IMG/VR virus record: IMGVR_UViG_3300025141_014934
Span: 1 to 53,111 of that record
Length of the DNA: 53,111 nucleotides
Reading direction: 5' to 3' (one strand)
DNA from: a virus
Lineage: Duplodnaviria > Caudoviricetes
The position numbers were made by a program, and so were the translations under genes. Positions 31,155 to 39,815 of the stretch are shown one piece after another. Position 1 is the stretch's first letter. Every line of letters begins with the position of its first letter. The notes under the pieces were generated by a model that was not told where the DNA came from, did not search any database, and worked only from the letters and a program-made list of their open reading frames with translations.

Positions 31155-31665
31155 TCTTATCTAGATCCTCAATCTGCTCCATCGTTGCATCAGATACTAA
31201 ACCCTTGCGCAAAAACATCTCAACCATTTCCATAATCACGTTATGCCCACCAGAGGATGTCAATACCCGGGCGGGCCCGCAGATTGTTTTAATTTTTCCG
31301 CAAGAGTCTGCTGGGCAGTATGCATATTCCACCTCTTCCATAATCTTGGCGTCGAATAGATCGTCCCCAATGTAAGCCATCTCCTCTTTGGTAGCACCAT
31401 ATGTCTTAGCCAGGAGGGGCAAGAAATCTGCTTTCTCCTTGCCTCTTGCCGAATAGAAATCAATATTTCTATTTTTTGCCATTTCCTTATTTACAAACTC
31501 ATCTCCCGATAGAAAGCACACCTTTATACCAGCGCCACGGAGGCGCTTTATGGCAGTGAAGTCTTTATCACAATAGGTCTTAGCATATGGCATGCCATTT
31601 TTATCATAGTATTTCCTACCATCAGTCATGACACCGTCTATATCCAGAACAACAAGCTTAATCAT
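31141..31665 (-). CDS. KdsC/YrbI-type HAD phosphatase
   Basis: LDIDGVMTDG, YIGDDLFD, CPADS, GG. Confidence 0.85.
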   Translation of the reverse strand: MIKLVVLDIDGVMTDGRKYYDKNGMPYAKTYCDKDFTAIKRLRGAGIKVCFLSGDEFVNKEMAKNRNIDFYSARGKEKADFLPLLAKTYGATKEEMAYIGDDLFDAKIMEEVEYAYCPADSCGKIKTICGPARVLTSSGGHNVIMEMVEMFLRKGLVSDATMEQIEDLDKNEKF

Positions 31666-32390
31666 TATGCTATTCCTCTTATTTGTGGGTTTATTCCATA
31701 CTCGTATAACAATTCATCAAGTATTAGGCTATATTCTGAGTAATTCCACTGTCCTCGTACGATAGCTGTTGCAACGTATGGATATACAGAAGAGTCGTGG
31801 TGGTACATCCCTCGCTTCGGCTCTCCTCGATATGCATATACACCATGGATCGAGTTCTTTCGGCAGGTCTCCTGACTCTTAGGCTCAAACTCTCGTATGT
31901 GTGATACTTTTGTTTCTGTATAGACAGTCATGAGCGCAGCGGTCTTCCAAATGGTGGGCTGTACAGCAAAGATATACTCCGAATCATGCAGTATGGCAAA
32001 CAACTCAGGGTTCTTCTTGTAGGGGATTTCCCTCATTTCGCCGCCTTTCAAGAGTTTACAGTATGCCAAGTTATTATCTTCATTTAAGCATTTTAGGTAA
32101 GATTCAATTCTGTTCTTATCGGGCGCACTGAAAAGTGGCATGTCCTCGTGATGCAGAATCGAGTATTCCTCGCTCACTGATTCCAGGCAACTTGAAAACC
32201 TTTCGTTGTAAGACATCTCCTCTTTATAATAGATTACCTCCCAGGAAGATGGCAACTCACAGGGCACGCTATCTGTAAAAACATACTTTTTCAGCTCCGG
32301 AAAGTACTTTTCCTGCTGTCCAACAAACATAGGCCAAGCATCGGCGTAGCTGCTGTGACTATACATGATTATCGCTGTGTCTTGAAGCAT
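31665..32390 (-). CDS. Putative glycosyltransferase (GT-A-like) / glycan-related protein
   Basis: SHSSYADAW, HEDM and QPTIWK; glycan cluster context. Confidence 0.5.
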   Translation of the reverse strand: MLQDTAIIMYSHSSYADAWPMFVGQQEKYFPELKKYVFTDSVPCELPSSWEVIYYKEEMSYNERFSSCLESVSEEYSILHHEDMPLFSAPDKNRIESYLKCLNEDNNLAYCKLLKGGEMREIPYKKNPELFAILHDSEYIFAVQPTIWKTAALMTVYTETKVSHIREFEPKSQETCRKNSIHGVYAYRGEPKRGMYHHDSSVYPYVATAIVRGQWNYSEYSLILDELLYEYGINPQIRGIA

Positions 32391-33217
32391 TATAAGTCCC
32401 TTGTAATATCTATTAACCTAGATTTAGCGTGAAGCCCCGTCTGAATCAGGTGCCACTTATAGAGTTTGTGATTGTCGATACATCCCCACCGCGGAAAGGA
32501 TTGCAGTTTTGAAGCGCGTTGGTTCTTCTCCAAAAAACACTCATTGCTAAACTCGTCTTCGGCATTGCTTTCTGGCCAGCCGGTTGTGACAGCCTTGGTG
32601 TACTCACTGTCTACTTGGTAGTACTCAGTCACGCCGTGATACAGCGCACCAACTGTGTCCATATTTTCAGAATTGGAATAAAACCAATGATCAGCATATC
32701 CGTGATTTGTCTGATTCCAGAATGCACTATACATGTAATCCATGTCCAGCGCAGGGTTGAAGTTCATGTCTGTGGCATAATATTTTTGAGGGTGTTCCTT
32801 GCCGCGGGTACCTAAATCAAATCTCGCCGCCACGACACAATCGTAACGAAAGCCGTTTTCCTCTTCGTGTTGTTTTTTGATCTCTATCGAGCGCATGCGA
32901 GAATACAAAAAACTTAATCCACGAAAAATAGTATTTGTACGATACATCGTGCTTTCACGGTCAAAACCGGAGTTAAACCAGTTCTCATCAAATCTCTTTA
33001 ATTCCTCTTTGAAATCTTTTTGCTTCTCATATTGAGAAATCACAGGAGCATATGTGGTTTCGATTTTTTCTTTATTATCTAAATCCCAGCTATGAACAAA
33101 GATGTCCACATCCCCTTTCTCCAAGACCTTTCGCGTGATATAAGAAATTGCTTCGTCCGAAGCTTTGGCGCCGCCAGCATTGGCATAGTATCCGTGTAAG
33201 CAAAGTGCTATTTTCAT
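32390..33217 (-). CDS. Putative glycosyltransferase-like protein
   Basis: MKIALCLHG, DIFVHSW and YDCVVAARFD, as seen in phage and capsule-cluster glycan proteins. Confidence 0.55.
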   Translation of the reverse strand: MKIALCLHGYYANAGGAKASDEAISYITRKVLEKGDVDIFVHSWDLDNKEKIETTYAPVISQYEKQKDFKEELKRFDENWFNSGFDRESTMYRTNTIFRGLSFLYSRMRSIEIKKQHEEENGFRYDCVVAARFDLGTRGKEHPQKYYATDMNFNPALDMDYMYSAFWNQTNHGYADHWFYSNSENMDTVGALYHGVTEYYQVDSEYTKAVTTGWPESNAEDEFSNECFLEKNQRASKLQSFPRWGCIDNHKLYKWHLIQTGLHAKSRLIDITRDL

Positions 33218-33831
33218 CGTACGTTTATATCCTTAAATAAATCAAATTCTGTCAAATCGCGATAAGGTGGATCTTCTGGTAAGTCCTCCACATGCTCAGG
33301 GTAGTTCTGCATTAGCATCAAACCCCGGCATGCCTGCTCTGGGCTCATATACATGTTCCATCCCTCCTCAACAATGTTGTCCTCGTGGTAGGGCACGGTG
33401 CCTCGGCCTTCATATCTAGCCTTTTTGTACCAGTCGACAGCTTCTCTATTATCAGCTAAGATCATACCACCCTTTCCAATCTTAAGATGCTTCTTAATAT
33501 GAAAACTCAAGCACATGGTGCTCTGGGGAATATACATTTCCGAGGTAAGTCTCTTCGCTGCGTCATAAATGGGGAATGGCTTAAGTTGATAGATACCCTT
33601 CCACGCAACGTCCTCGAACTGTAGCTTTCCGCCGGCTTGGAGTATGGATTGTGGTGGCGAAAGGTACGTTCTTTTTGGAATTATAACCTCTTGTCCCTCA
33701 ATCTTATGGTATTTGCATGCCAAAAAAATAGCGTTTGTGCAACTATTGACTGACACCGCATAGGGAGCGCCGGTGTAATGAGCGATCTCTTCCTCAAACA
33801 TCTGGACTATTTTGTAGGGGTTATGAAGCAT
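33214..33831 (-). CDS. DegT/DnrJ/EryC1/StrS-family PLP aminotransferase (short form)
   Basis: FEEEIAHYTGAPYAVSVNSCTNA, DAA and SFHIKKHL.IGKGGM; only 205 aa. Confidence 0.8.
   Translation of the reverse strand: MLHNPYKIVQMFEEEIAHYTGAPYAVSVNSCTNAIFLACKYHKIEGQEVIIPKRTYLSPPQSILQAGGKLQFEDVAWKGIYQLKPFPIYDAAKRLTSEMYIPQSTMCLSFHIKKHLKIGKGGMILADNREAVDWYKKARYEGRGTVPYHEDNIVEEGWNMYMSPEQACRGLMLMQNYPEHVEDLPEDPPYRDLTEFDLFKDINVR
33813..33831 (-). repeat. 19-bp direct repeat, copy 1 (start of aminotransferase gene)
   Basis: Plus strand tgtaggggttatgaagcat, identical to 34537-34555. Confidence 0.9.
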
Positions 33832-33832
33832 G

Positions 33833-34555
33833 CTATGTTATCTTCCTATTTACTAAGAACAAATTTGTTTCTTGTTCTAACTCCCTAACAGTGATTGGGT
33901 TTGATAATGAGTGTAGCTCAAGGGCGCCTGCTGGGGCGAGGGGAGAAATGTGGTAAAACTTTTGAAGGCGCTTTAAAAGCCTTCTCTTTCTCTCCTGACC
34001 AAAAAATGTATGGATTTCCATCACTATGATGGAGACTTTCTCGTAATCGTCAAAGTTTTCCAATATCTCATATTCGCTACCTTCGCAATCTAGCTTGAGA
34101 TAATTAATCCGTGGAAGTTGCAACGTTTCCAACATGTCTTTTAATGAGACTGTTTTGCACCCTTCTTCGAGTTCCACGAATCCATATTTATCCTGTTCCA
34201 AATCAGCGCAACTTATGTCTTTAGAGTGACCCTCTTTGTGGGATTTAAGCGGCAAATCCAGTGCACTGGTGCCATAAACCGCCATGTTATAGGTCTGTAC
34301 ATTTCTAATCTCTAGCTGCTCAAGTACTCGGGTTAGTATGTTGTAATTGTCCCTGAGCGGCTCAAAAGCGTATATTTGTTCGAAAAAGGCACTAGCATGC
34401 ACACAAAACCCACCAACATTTGCCCCGATATCCACTGCAACAGGTAGTCTTGTCTGGACCATAGGGTATGAGCTTCTGCACTCTCTTATACTTTCTTTGA
34501 CCCACTCTTCTATACCTTCGGGAGTAGCGAGATTCCTGTAGGGGTTATGAAGCAT
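33833..34555 (-). CDS. FkbM-family methyltransferase
   Basis: VDIGANVG, AFEP, LKLDCEGSEY. Confidence 0.88.
   Translation of the reverse strand: MLHNPYRNLATPEGIEEWVKESIRECRSSYPMVQTRLPVAVDIGANVGGFCVHASAFFEQIYAFEPLRDNYNILTRVLEQLEIRNVQTYNMAVYGTSALDLPLKSHKEGHSKDISCADLEQDKYGFVELEEGCKTVSLKDMLETLQLPRINYLKLDCEGSEYEILENFDDYEKVSIIVMEIHTFFGQERKRRLLKRLQKFYHISPLAPAGALELHSLSNPITVRELEQETNLFLVNRKIT
34537..34555 (-). repeat. 19-bp direct repeat, copy 2 (start of FkbM gene)
   Basis: Plus strand tgtaggggttatgaagcat, identical to 33813-33831. Confidence 0.9.
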
Positions 34556-35264
34556 CCGGAACCTTCGAAATCAGTATATTACCCGCACCCTCATTGCTGG
34601 ACTTCGAACTCTTCTTAAATTTGTATTTTTTGTTAATGCTCTTTATCCGGCGTTTAAGAGTTGGTAGCTTTCCTGGGTATATCTCTTCAAACTGATGGAT
34701 ATCATCGATCATGATCGTATGTTCCTTGATATTGTGCGCTTTAATCGCTTCAAGCTCTTTAAAAATGGGGAATAACTCTTCGGCAGGAGAATCCTCTGTA
34801 AGATCGCTATTGATGTCGGGGCCCCAGTGGGCATCAAGCCAAAAGGTAGCTTTGTCGGCAATGTTCTCCAAAACGCGAGGGAGAGTGTCCCCACTATCTC
34901 CCCGATAGAGGCTTATTCGGACCTGATTCATAAAACTTACACTAAAATAATCCTCCCTGGCAGTCGTCTCAACTAGAATGTCAGGGTTTGCTATGGCCAG
35001 TAGGGTGATTTTTAACTTCGCAGCCAAAAAGTGAGGTTTACTAAGCTCAATAGAATGAATATCTCGGGCGCCTAGAATAAGGGCAGACATAACCCCGTGT
35101 CCAAAAAACGTGCCCGTCTCAACAAACGTGGTCTCTATGTCCGCAGAGTCCCATATGAGATGTTTCTTGTGCTCCTCCAAATCAAATAAAATATATTTGA
35201 TATCTGCATTATAACCGTGGCGAGTAAGACCAGCGATCGCTATTGATTTCGGTACTGTTATCAT
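34545..35264 (-). CDS. SAM-dependent methyltransferase-like protein
   Basis: FVETGT..G.G, SIEL, GDS, FWLDAH, IDD. Confidence 0.7.
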   Translation of the reverse strand: MITVPKSIAIAGLTRHGYNADIKYILFDLEEHKKHLIWDSADIETTFVETGTFFGHGVMSALILGARDIHSIELSKPHFLAAKLKITLLAIANPDILVETTAREDYFSVSFMNQVRISLYRGDSGDTLPRVLENIADKATFWLDAHWGPDINSDLTEDSPAEELFPIFKELEAIKAHNIKEHTIMIDDIHQFEEIYPGKLPTLKRRIKSINKKYKFKKSSKSSNEGAGNILISKVPDAS

Positions 35265-35266
35265 GT

Positions 35267-36046
35267 TTATATCCTTTCTCCTTTTTCCAATAAATGCATA
35301 TAATATAAATGCTTATAATATTTCTTATTGACAGCGAACACATTATCTAATTCGCGGAACTCACCGATGCGGTCATTTATAGATCTACTGGGCAACTTTT
35401 CATCAAATTGGATGCGCCCGTCCCACAATTCAAATAAGTAAAAGTGATTGCATAGCTCATCAAGAAGGCTTTGCTTACGCTCAAATCCGTAGTAGTTATG
35501 AAGCTCCATAGCTATGAACGTTATTTTGTCACAATCCTGTAAGCCTTCTAAGATATCATACTCGCCGCCTTCACAATCCAGCTTTAGATAATCAATTCTG
35601 TCTATTTCAAGTTTTTCGAAAATCTGGTTTAGGCTAGTAGTCTCACACGTTTCTCCAGTATCCTGCAGCGTTATCCCTTCTCCTATCTGTTGCAGACATG
35701 TAATGTTGCCCGAGAATAACTCAGAATGAGATGGGTGTTTCAACTTAACTAATCGGCCGGGGTGGGCTGTGACAGCCAGATTAAACAATTGAATATTGTT
35801 AAGGCGTAATTGTTCAAAAACCTGTAGTGCAACTCCGCAATTCTGCGTGGAGGGTTCAAAGGCGTAGATTTTTTCGAAGTGCTTATGGGCGTGCACGCAG
35901 AACCCCCCTACGTTTGCCCCTATATCTACAGCGGTCGGAAGAAGAACGCCATTAAAAAGAGGATAAGAAGTCTTACATTCGGCAATACTCTCATATATCC
36001 ACTTTTTTAATTCCTCATCAGATTTGAAATTTTTAAACTTTTTCAT
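35267..36046 (-). CDS. FkbM-family methyltransferase (paralog of 33833-34555)
   Basis: VDIGANVGGFCVHA, AFEP, LKLDCEGGEY. Confidence 0.88.
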   Translation of the reverse strand: MKKFKNFKSDEELKKWIYESIAECKTSYPLFNGVLLPTAVDIGANVGGFCVHAHKHFEKIYAFEPSTQNCGVALQVFEQLRLNNIQLFNLAVTAHPGRLVKLKHPSHSELFSGNITCLQQIGEGITLQDTGETCETTSLNQIFEKLEIDRIDYLKLDCEGGEYDILEGLQDCDKITFIAMELHNYYGFERKQSLLDELCNHFYLFELWDGRIQFDEKLPSRSINDRIGEFRELDNVFAVNKKYYKHLYYMHLLEKGERI

Positions 36047-36432
36047 CCCCTATCCAGCAAGTAGTATTTCTTTACAAACCCACAACTTTCAAACAGTCTC
36101 AGGCTTGCTTCGTTATCTAGCTTAATTTTGGCCACACAATCAGGATGCAGTTTCACCACTTCATTAACCATGAATTTCCCGATTCCTCGACGTTGAAAAT
36201 CAGGGTGTGTCGCAACCCCGATATCATCCCCCATCACCCGTATGAAGCCGGCCGGGGTGTCGTCAGCCACACAAATATAGAATTTTTCTCCATGTGTCAT
36301 CATAAAACTTATATGTTGTTCAGGCTCAATATACTCTTGCTGTATAAACCCAGGAAGTGAGCGGGGGTCATTACGTAAATTTCTTATAAACTCCCAATAT
36401 TTGGATTCATTTTTAACGAGTTCTAGGCGCAC
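36043..36432 (-). CDS. GNAT N-acetyltransferase (PseH-like)
   Basis: RNLRND, HPDFQRRGIG, NEASLRLFESCGF. Likely start is GTG at 36432, since the track's longer start overlaps the upstream gene by 88 nt. Confidence 0.8.
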   Translation of the reverse strand: MRLELVKNESKYWEFIRNLRNDPRSLPGFIQQEYIEPEQHISFMMTHGEKFYICVADDTPAGFIRVMGDDIGVATHPDFQRRGIGKFMVNEVVKLHPDCVAKIKLDNEASLRLFESCGFVKKYYLLDRG

Positions 36433-37205
36433 GACTTGTATATATCTCCAAGCGGCTGCCCTTTCCAATACGCTTTTAGGTAATCCCTCTCTAGTGAAAG
36501 GTCGAGCCACTTGTGGAGTGTTGTCCCTATATCAATATAACTGTTTTTGGCGGATAATTTAAACAATTTGTGAATTAGTATCTCACTTAAGCTACTAGCC
36601 GAGAAGAGAAACACGTGTTCTTCTACATTGTTTTCTGTAACCCAGTCCGAAATCTCCTCAATCAAGTGGTGATCATTGACAATGCAGTTTTTTCCTACCC
36701 TAAAGTCTTTTGTAACCTCGAACGGAAGGTTGTCGAATGTAGCGTTTTCACTACAAACCATGACTATCTTATGATTTTTAAACTCTGGGACGAAGTGATT
36801 GACGAATAAGGGATAATTGGCATTAACGAAAAGATTGGGAGTTGTCCAATGTTCTTCTCCGTTCTGATAATGTTCTTTGAGCCATGGTATGAACTCTCCT
36901 ATGGCACATGTGCAATTGGCGCAACCGGCGCCGACGAAATAGTTCTCCTTCTCGAATACGAAAGAATCAAACAATCCCTCCTTAACATGGGAATCACGCT
37001 CTGGTAAGAACTGTTTGTAGTCATCGGCTGAATATCCAAAGTTATACCGGATATCCCCCACCTCAACATGGTCAGCTTCTAAAACAACCTTCTTATTCTG
37101 CATAACGAAAACTTCACCATCAGAATATCGAGTGAAGGCAAAAGGTTCTCCATTCTTAAGCTTGTTTAGGAGTAGGAAAAAGTCTTCTATGTATCCTTTG
37201 GACAC
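36423..37205 (-). CDS. Putative GT-D-fold (DUF1792-like) glycosyltransferase
   Basis: FAFTRYSDGE and YIDIGTTL motifs. Confidence 0.55.
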   Translation of the reverse strand: MSKGYIEDFFLLLNKLKNGEPFAFTRYSDGEVFVMQNKKVVLEADHVEVGDIRYNFGYSADDYKQFLPERDSHVKEGLFDSFVFEKENYFVGAGCANCTCAIGEFIPWLKEHYQNGEEHWTTPNLFVNANYPLFVNHFVPEFKNHKIVMVCSENATFDNLPFEVTKDFRVGKNCIVNDHHLIEEISDWVTENNVEEHVFLFSASSLSEILIHKLFKLSAKNSYIDIGTTLHKWLDLSLERDYLKAYWKGQPLGDIYKSCA

Positions 37206-37207
37206 TG

Positions 37208-38209
37208 CTATATTCCCTCAGCTACAAATATTTCCGCTATCTTCTTAGAGGTGTGTCCGTCACCGTAGGGGCACGGCTCGTCGGGGTCTGGAACAGGCTG
37301 TTCATAGGCCCACGAGAAAGCTGCTGGCAGTTCATCCGGGGTGGGGCATAATGTAGAGAACACTCCCATTCCTTCAACGCGCTCGGTGGTCTTTCGACAC
37401 ACAATGCACTTCTTTCTAAAGAATGATGACTCTTCCTGAAGTCCTCCGCTATCTGTTATGACAAAACGGCTCTGGGAAAGCAGCTTGACGAAGTCTTCGT
37501 ATCCCATAGGATCGACGACACGGACATTTTCAAAGATATCCTTGTGTTTATAAACATTTGGGTTGGGGTGGATAGGCAAAATGAATTCTAGATCGGGGTT
37601 TTGTGCAGCTAAGCTGTCAATAGTCTCAAACCACTCTTTAATCAGTGGGTGGTTTTCCCTTCGGTGCATTGTTATAACAATTTTATTGCTATATTCTGGC
37701 TCAATTTCAACGATGTTGTCTAAAACAGTATTACCAACCACATATACCTTCCCTGATATGCGTTCTTTTGCTAGATTGGCGGCTGACTCTTCCGTGGGGC
37801 ATAGGTTGATGTCGGCTAATCGAGATACTGCCTGTCTATTAAACTCCTCCGGATATGGATTTTGCAGATCATAGGTGCGCAAACCTGCCTCAAGATGGAC
37901 CACTTTTAACTTTCTGTGAAACGCAGCTAATGCAATTGCAAAGGCAGAAGAAGTGTCACCCTGTATCAACACACTCGTCACTCCTTCAAAGACTTCATCA
38001 GAATTCATTATAGAAGAAACAATCGAATCTAAGCGATTTGTGCCATCCTCAATTTGTAACCTTCTTACAGTACTGTCTGAAACGTGAGCCAAAAGATCTT
38101 CATGTTGTCCTGTAAAAAGAAGAACGTGCTCGATCTTTCCCTGTAGCTCTTCGATTAATGGCTTGATCTTGATGTATTCTGGACGTGTTCCAAAACTTAT
38201 AAGCAGCAT
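37208..38209 (-). CDS. wecB: UDP-N-acetylglucosamine 2-epimerase
   Basis: GTRPE.IK, TGQH, QGDT, HLEAGLR, PEE.NR, HRREN, TDSGGLQEE, PYGDG. Confidence 0.92.
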   Translation of the reverse strand: MLLISFGTRPEYIKIKPLIEELQGKIEHVLLFTGQHEDLLAHVSDSTVRRLQIEDGTNRLDSIVSSIMNSDEVFEGVTSVLIQGDTSSAFAIALAAFHRKLKVVHLEAGLRTYDLQNPYPEEFNRQAVSRLADINLCPTEESAANLAKERISGKVYVVGNTVLDNIVEIEPEYSNKIVITMHRRENHPLIKEWFETIDSLAAQNPDLEFILPIHPNPNVYKHKDIFENVRVVDPMGYEDFVKLLSQSRFVITDSGGLQEESSFFRKKCIVCRKTTERVEGMGVFSTLCPTPDELPAAFSWAYEQPVPDPDEPCPYGDGHTSKKIAEIFVAEGI

Positions 38210-38210
38210 A

Positions 38211-39806
38211 TTACTTCTCCTGATCTTTTACTAACGTCCACCCACGAGCGATAGCAGTGCTTACGCAATAATCCCTCTCGGAAAAGAAAGCATGATGGCT
38301 TAAGCTCGAATTGGTGGAGGTTGCTTTATCGTCAATCCCTAATTCATTACCTAAGATAGAACCGTGAAGTTCTTTATCGTCGGGAGGATGAGGCGGGCAA
38401 TAGGTGTTAATGTTTCCGTATTTCTGTGCAGTATATGAGAACTGCATATCTTCACCGTTGTCCCAAGTAATGGGGGCTTCGGCCCACAAGTACTTTAACC
38501 AGTCTCGTTTAAAAAACCATGCGTGCCCCACCAGATCAACCTGTGTTATTTCTGGATTGTGGGTTGGCCAACCGCAGCGCTGATGTGGATTATAAGTATC
38601 TCCCTGAAGAATGACGCCGGCTGATCCTAGGATACCTTCATGGGTCTCCATGGTGCTTAGGCAGTTCTCAAGCCATCGCGAGCCTGGAATTGTGTCGTCG
38701 TCGAATATAGCAATATGCTCTGTCTCTGCCAGGAGCGCTCCCGCAAACCTTCCGTAGAACTTCCAATTATGGTCATTCCTGAACACCTTATCAGAATCTA
38801 TTTGAGTGAAATCAAACCCGTTGAGATCTTCGTGATCGTTAACCCATACCCAGATTTGTTTTGGAGGTCTTGTCTGTTCTCTTATTGCTTTGATTTGCGC
38901 ATCCAAATTATAAGGGCGTCTATAGGCGTTTAGGATAACCGTGATGTCTTCATACGGAGAACGCCTATCCGACAAAAAGGCTGATGTGAACAATCCAGCG
39001 ATTTCGTATCGAGCATTTCTAATATGTTCAATCAATTCTGCGCCCTTCAATGAAAACCATTCCTCGCTCGTGGCGCCAATCAGGGCGTTGGTATATATCT
39101 TGCACCCCAGCATCTTTGCTTCCACAACAACGCGGCTCATCGTCTCCATGACCCCGGGGAAGAATGCAAAACTATCGCATTCACTCAACTCTTTGATGAA
39201 CCCCTCATGGGTACTCGGGGGGATTAGTTTGTACTCATGCCCCTGCTGCTTACAGAATCGTATAGCGCCTTCAGTGTTCTTTACACTGTTTGGCGAGTCC
39301 ATAATACCACATAGTGCCTTTTTGGGGGAGTCTAGATACTTCTCTATAACGCGCAGATGCTCCTCGGGCCAAGGGTTGCCGCCGGCATTGACGATATTCC
39401 TCAAGCCTGTGTTTTTATGCATTACGTCTGCATGCATCTTGCTTTGACACACGACTGCGACGGCGCTGCGATAGAATTCTTGATTGATGACCTGATCTCT
39501 TGGAGCCTGCAGATCTGGGAAAACAGACGGGTCACGCGTTTTTAAGTACTTGTGATCGTGCTCATAAATCACATACCTCTCGCTCTGCAAACGACGACGG
39601 GACGCAGGAGATAAATTTAAAAAATTGCCAACGATGAAGTTGCAACCCGCATGCTCTTCAATAAAGGGCAATGTAACCATATGACTATGAATTCTGATCG
39701 ACTCACCGTCTTGTGAGGCTGACAGGGCTCTTAGTACTTCATCGTTAACAATCTCTCCGCCGCCGGGAACATCTTCTTTAAAAAAGTCAGCTATTAAAAC
39801 ATACAT
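38211..39806 (-). CDS. Two-domain glycosyltransferase (GT-B-like + GT2/GT-A)
   Basis: N-terminal GGGE...ETMSRVVVEAKMLGC; C-terminal ITVILNAYRR...FDDDTIPG...GED. Confidence 0.78.
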   Translation of the reverse strand: MYVLIADFFKEDVPGGGEIVNDEVLRALSASQDGESIRIHSHMVTLPFIEEHAGCNFIVGNFLNLSPASRRRLQSERYVIYEHDHKYLKTRDPSVFPDLQAPRDQVINQEFYRSAVAVVCQSKMHADVMHKNTGLRNIVNAGGNPWPEEHLRVIEKYLDSPKKALCGIMDSPNSVKNTEGAIRFCKQQGHEYKLIPPSTHEGFIKELSECDSFAFFPGVMETMSRVVVEAKMLGCKIYTNALIGATSEEWFSLKGAELIEHIRNARYEIAGLFTSAFLSDRRSPYEDITVILNAYRRPYNLDAQIKAIREQTRPPKQIWVWVNDHEDLNGFDFTQIDSDKVFRNDHNWKFYGRFAGALLAETEHIAIFDDDTIPGSRWLENCLSTMETHEGILGSAGVILQGDTYNPHQRCGWPTHNPEITQVDLVGHAWFFKRDWLKYLWAEAPITWDNGEDMQFSYTAQKYGNINTYCPPHPPDDKELHGSILGNELGIDDKATSTNSSLSHHAFFSERDYCVSTAIARGWTLVKDQEK

Positions 39807-39815
39807 ACAACATCA

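Noticed and set aside
36433-36510. N-terminal extension of the GNAT ORF
   Set aside because: It overlaps the upstream gene out of frame; GTG at 36432 gives a normal-sized GNAT with a short overlap.
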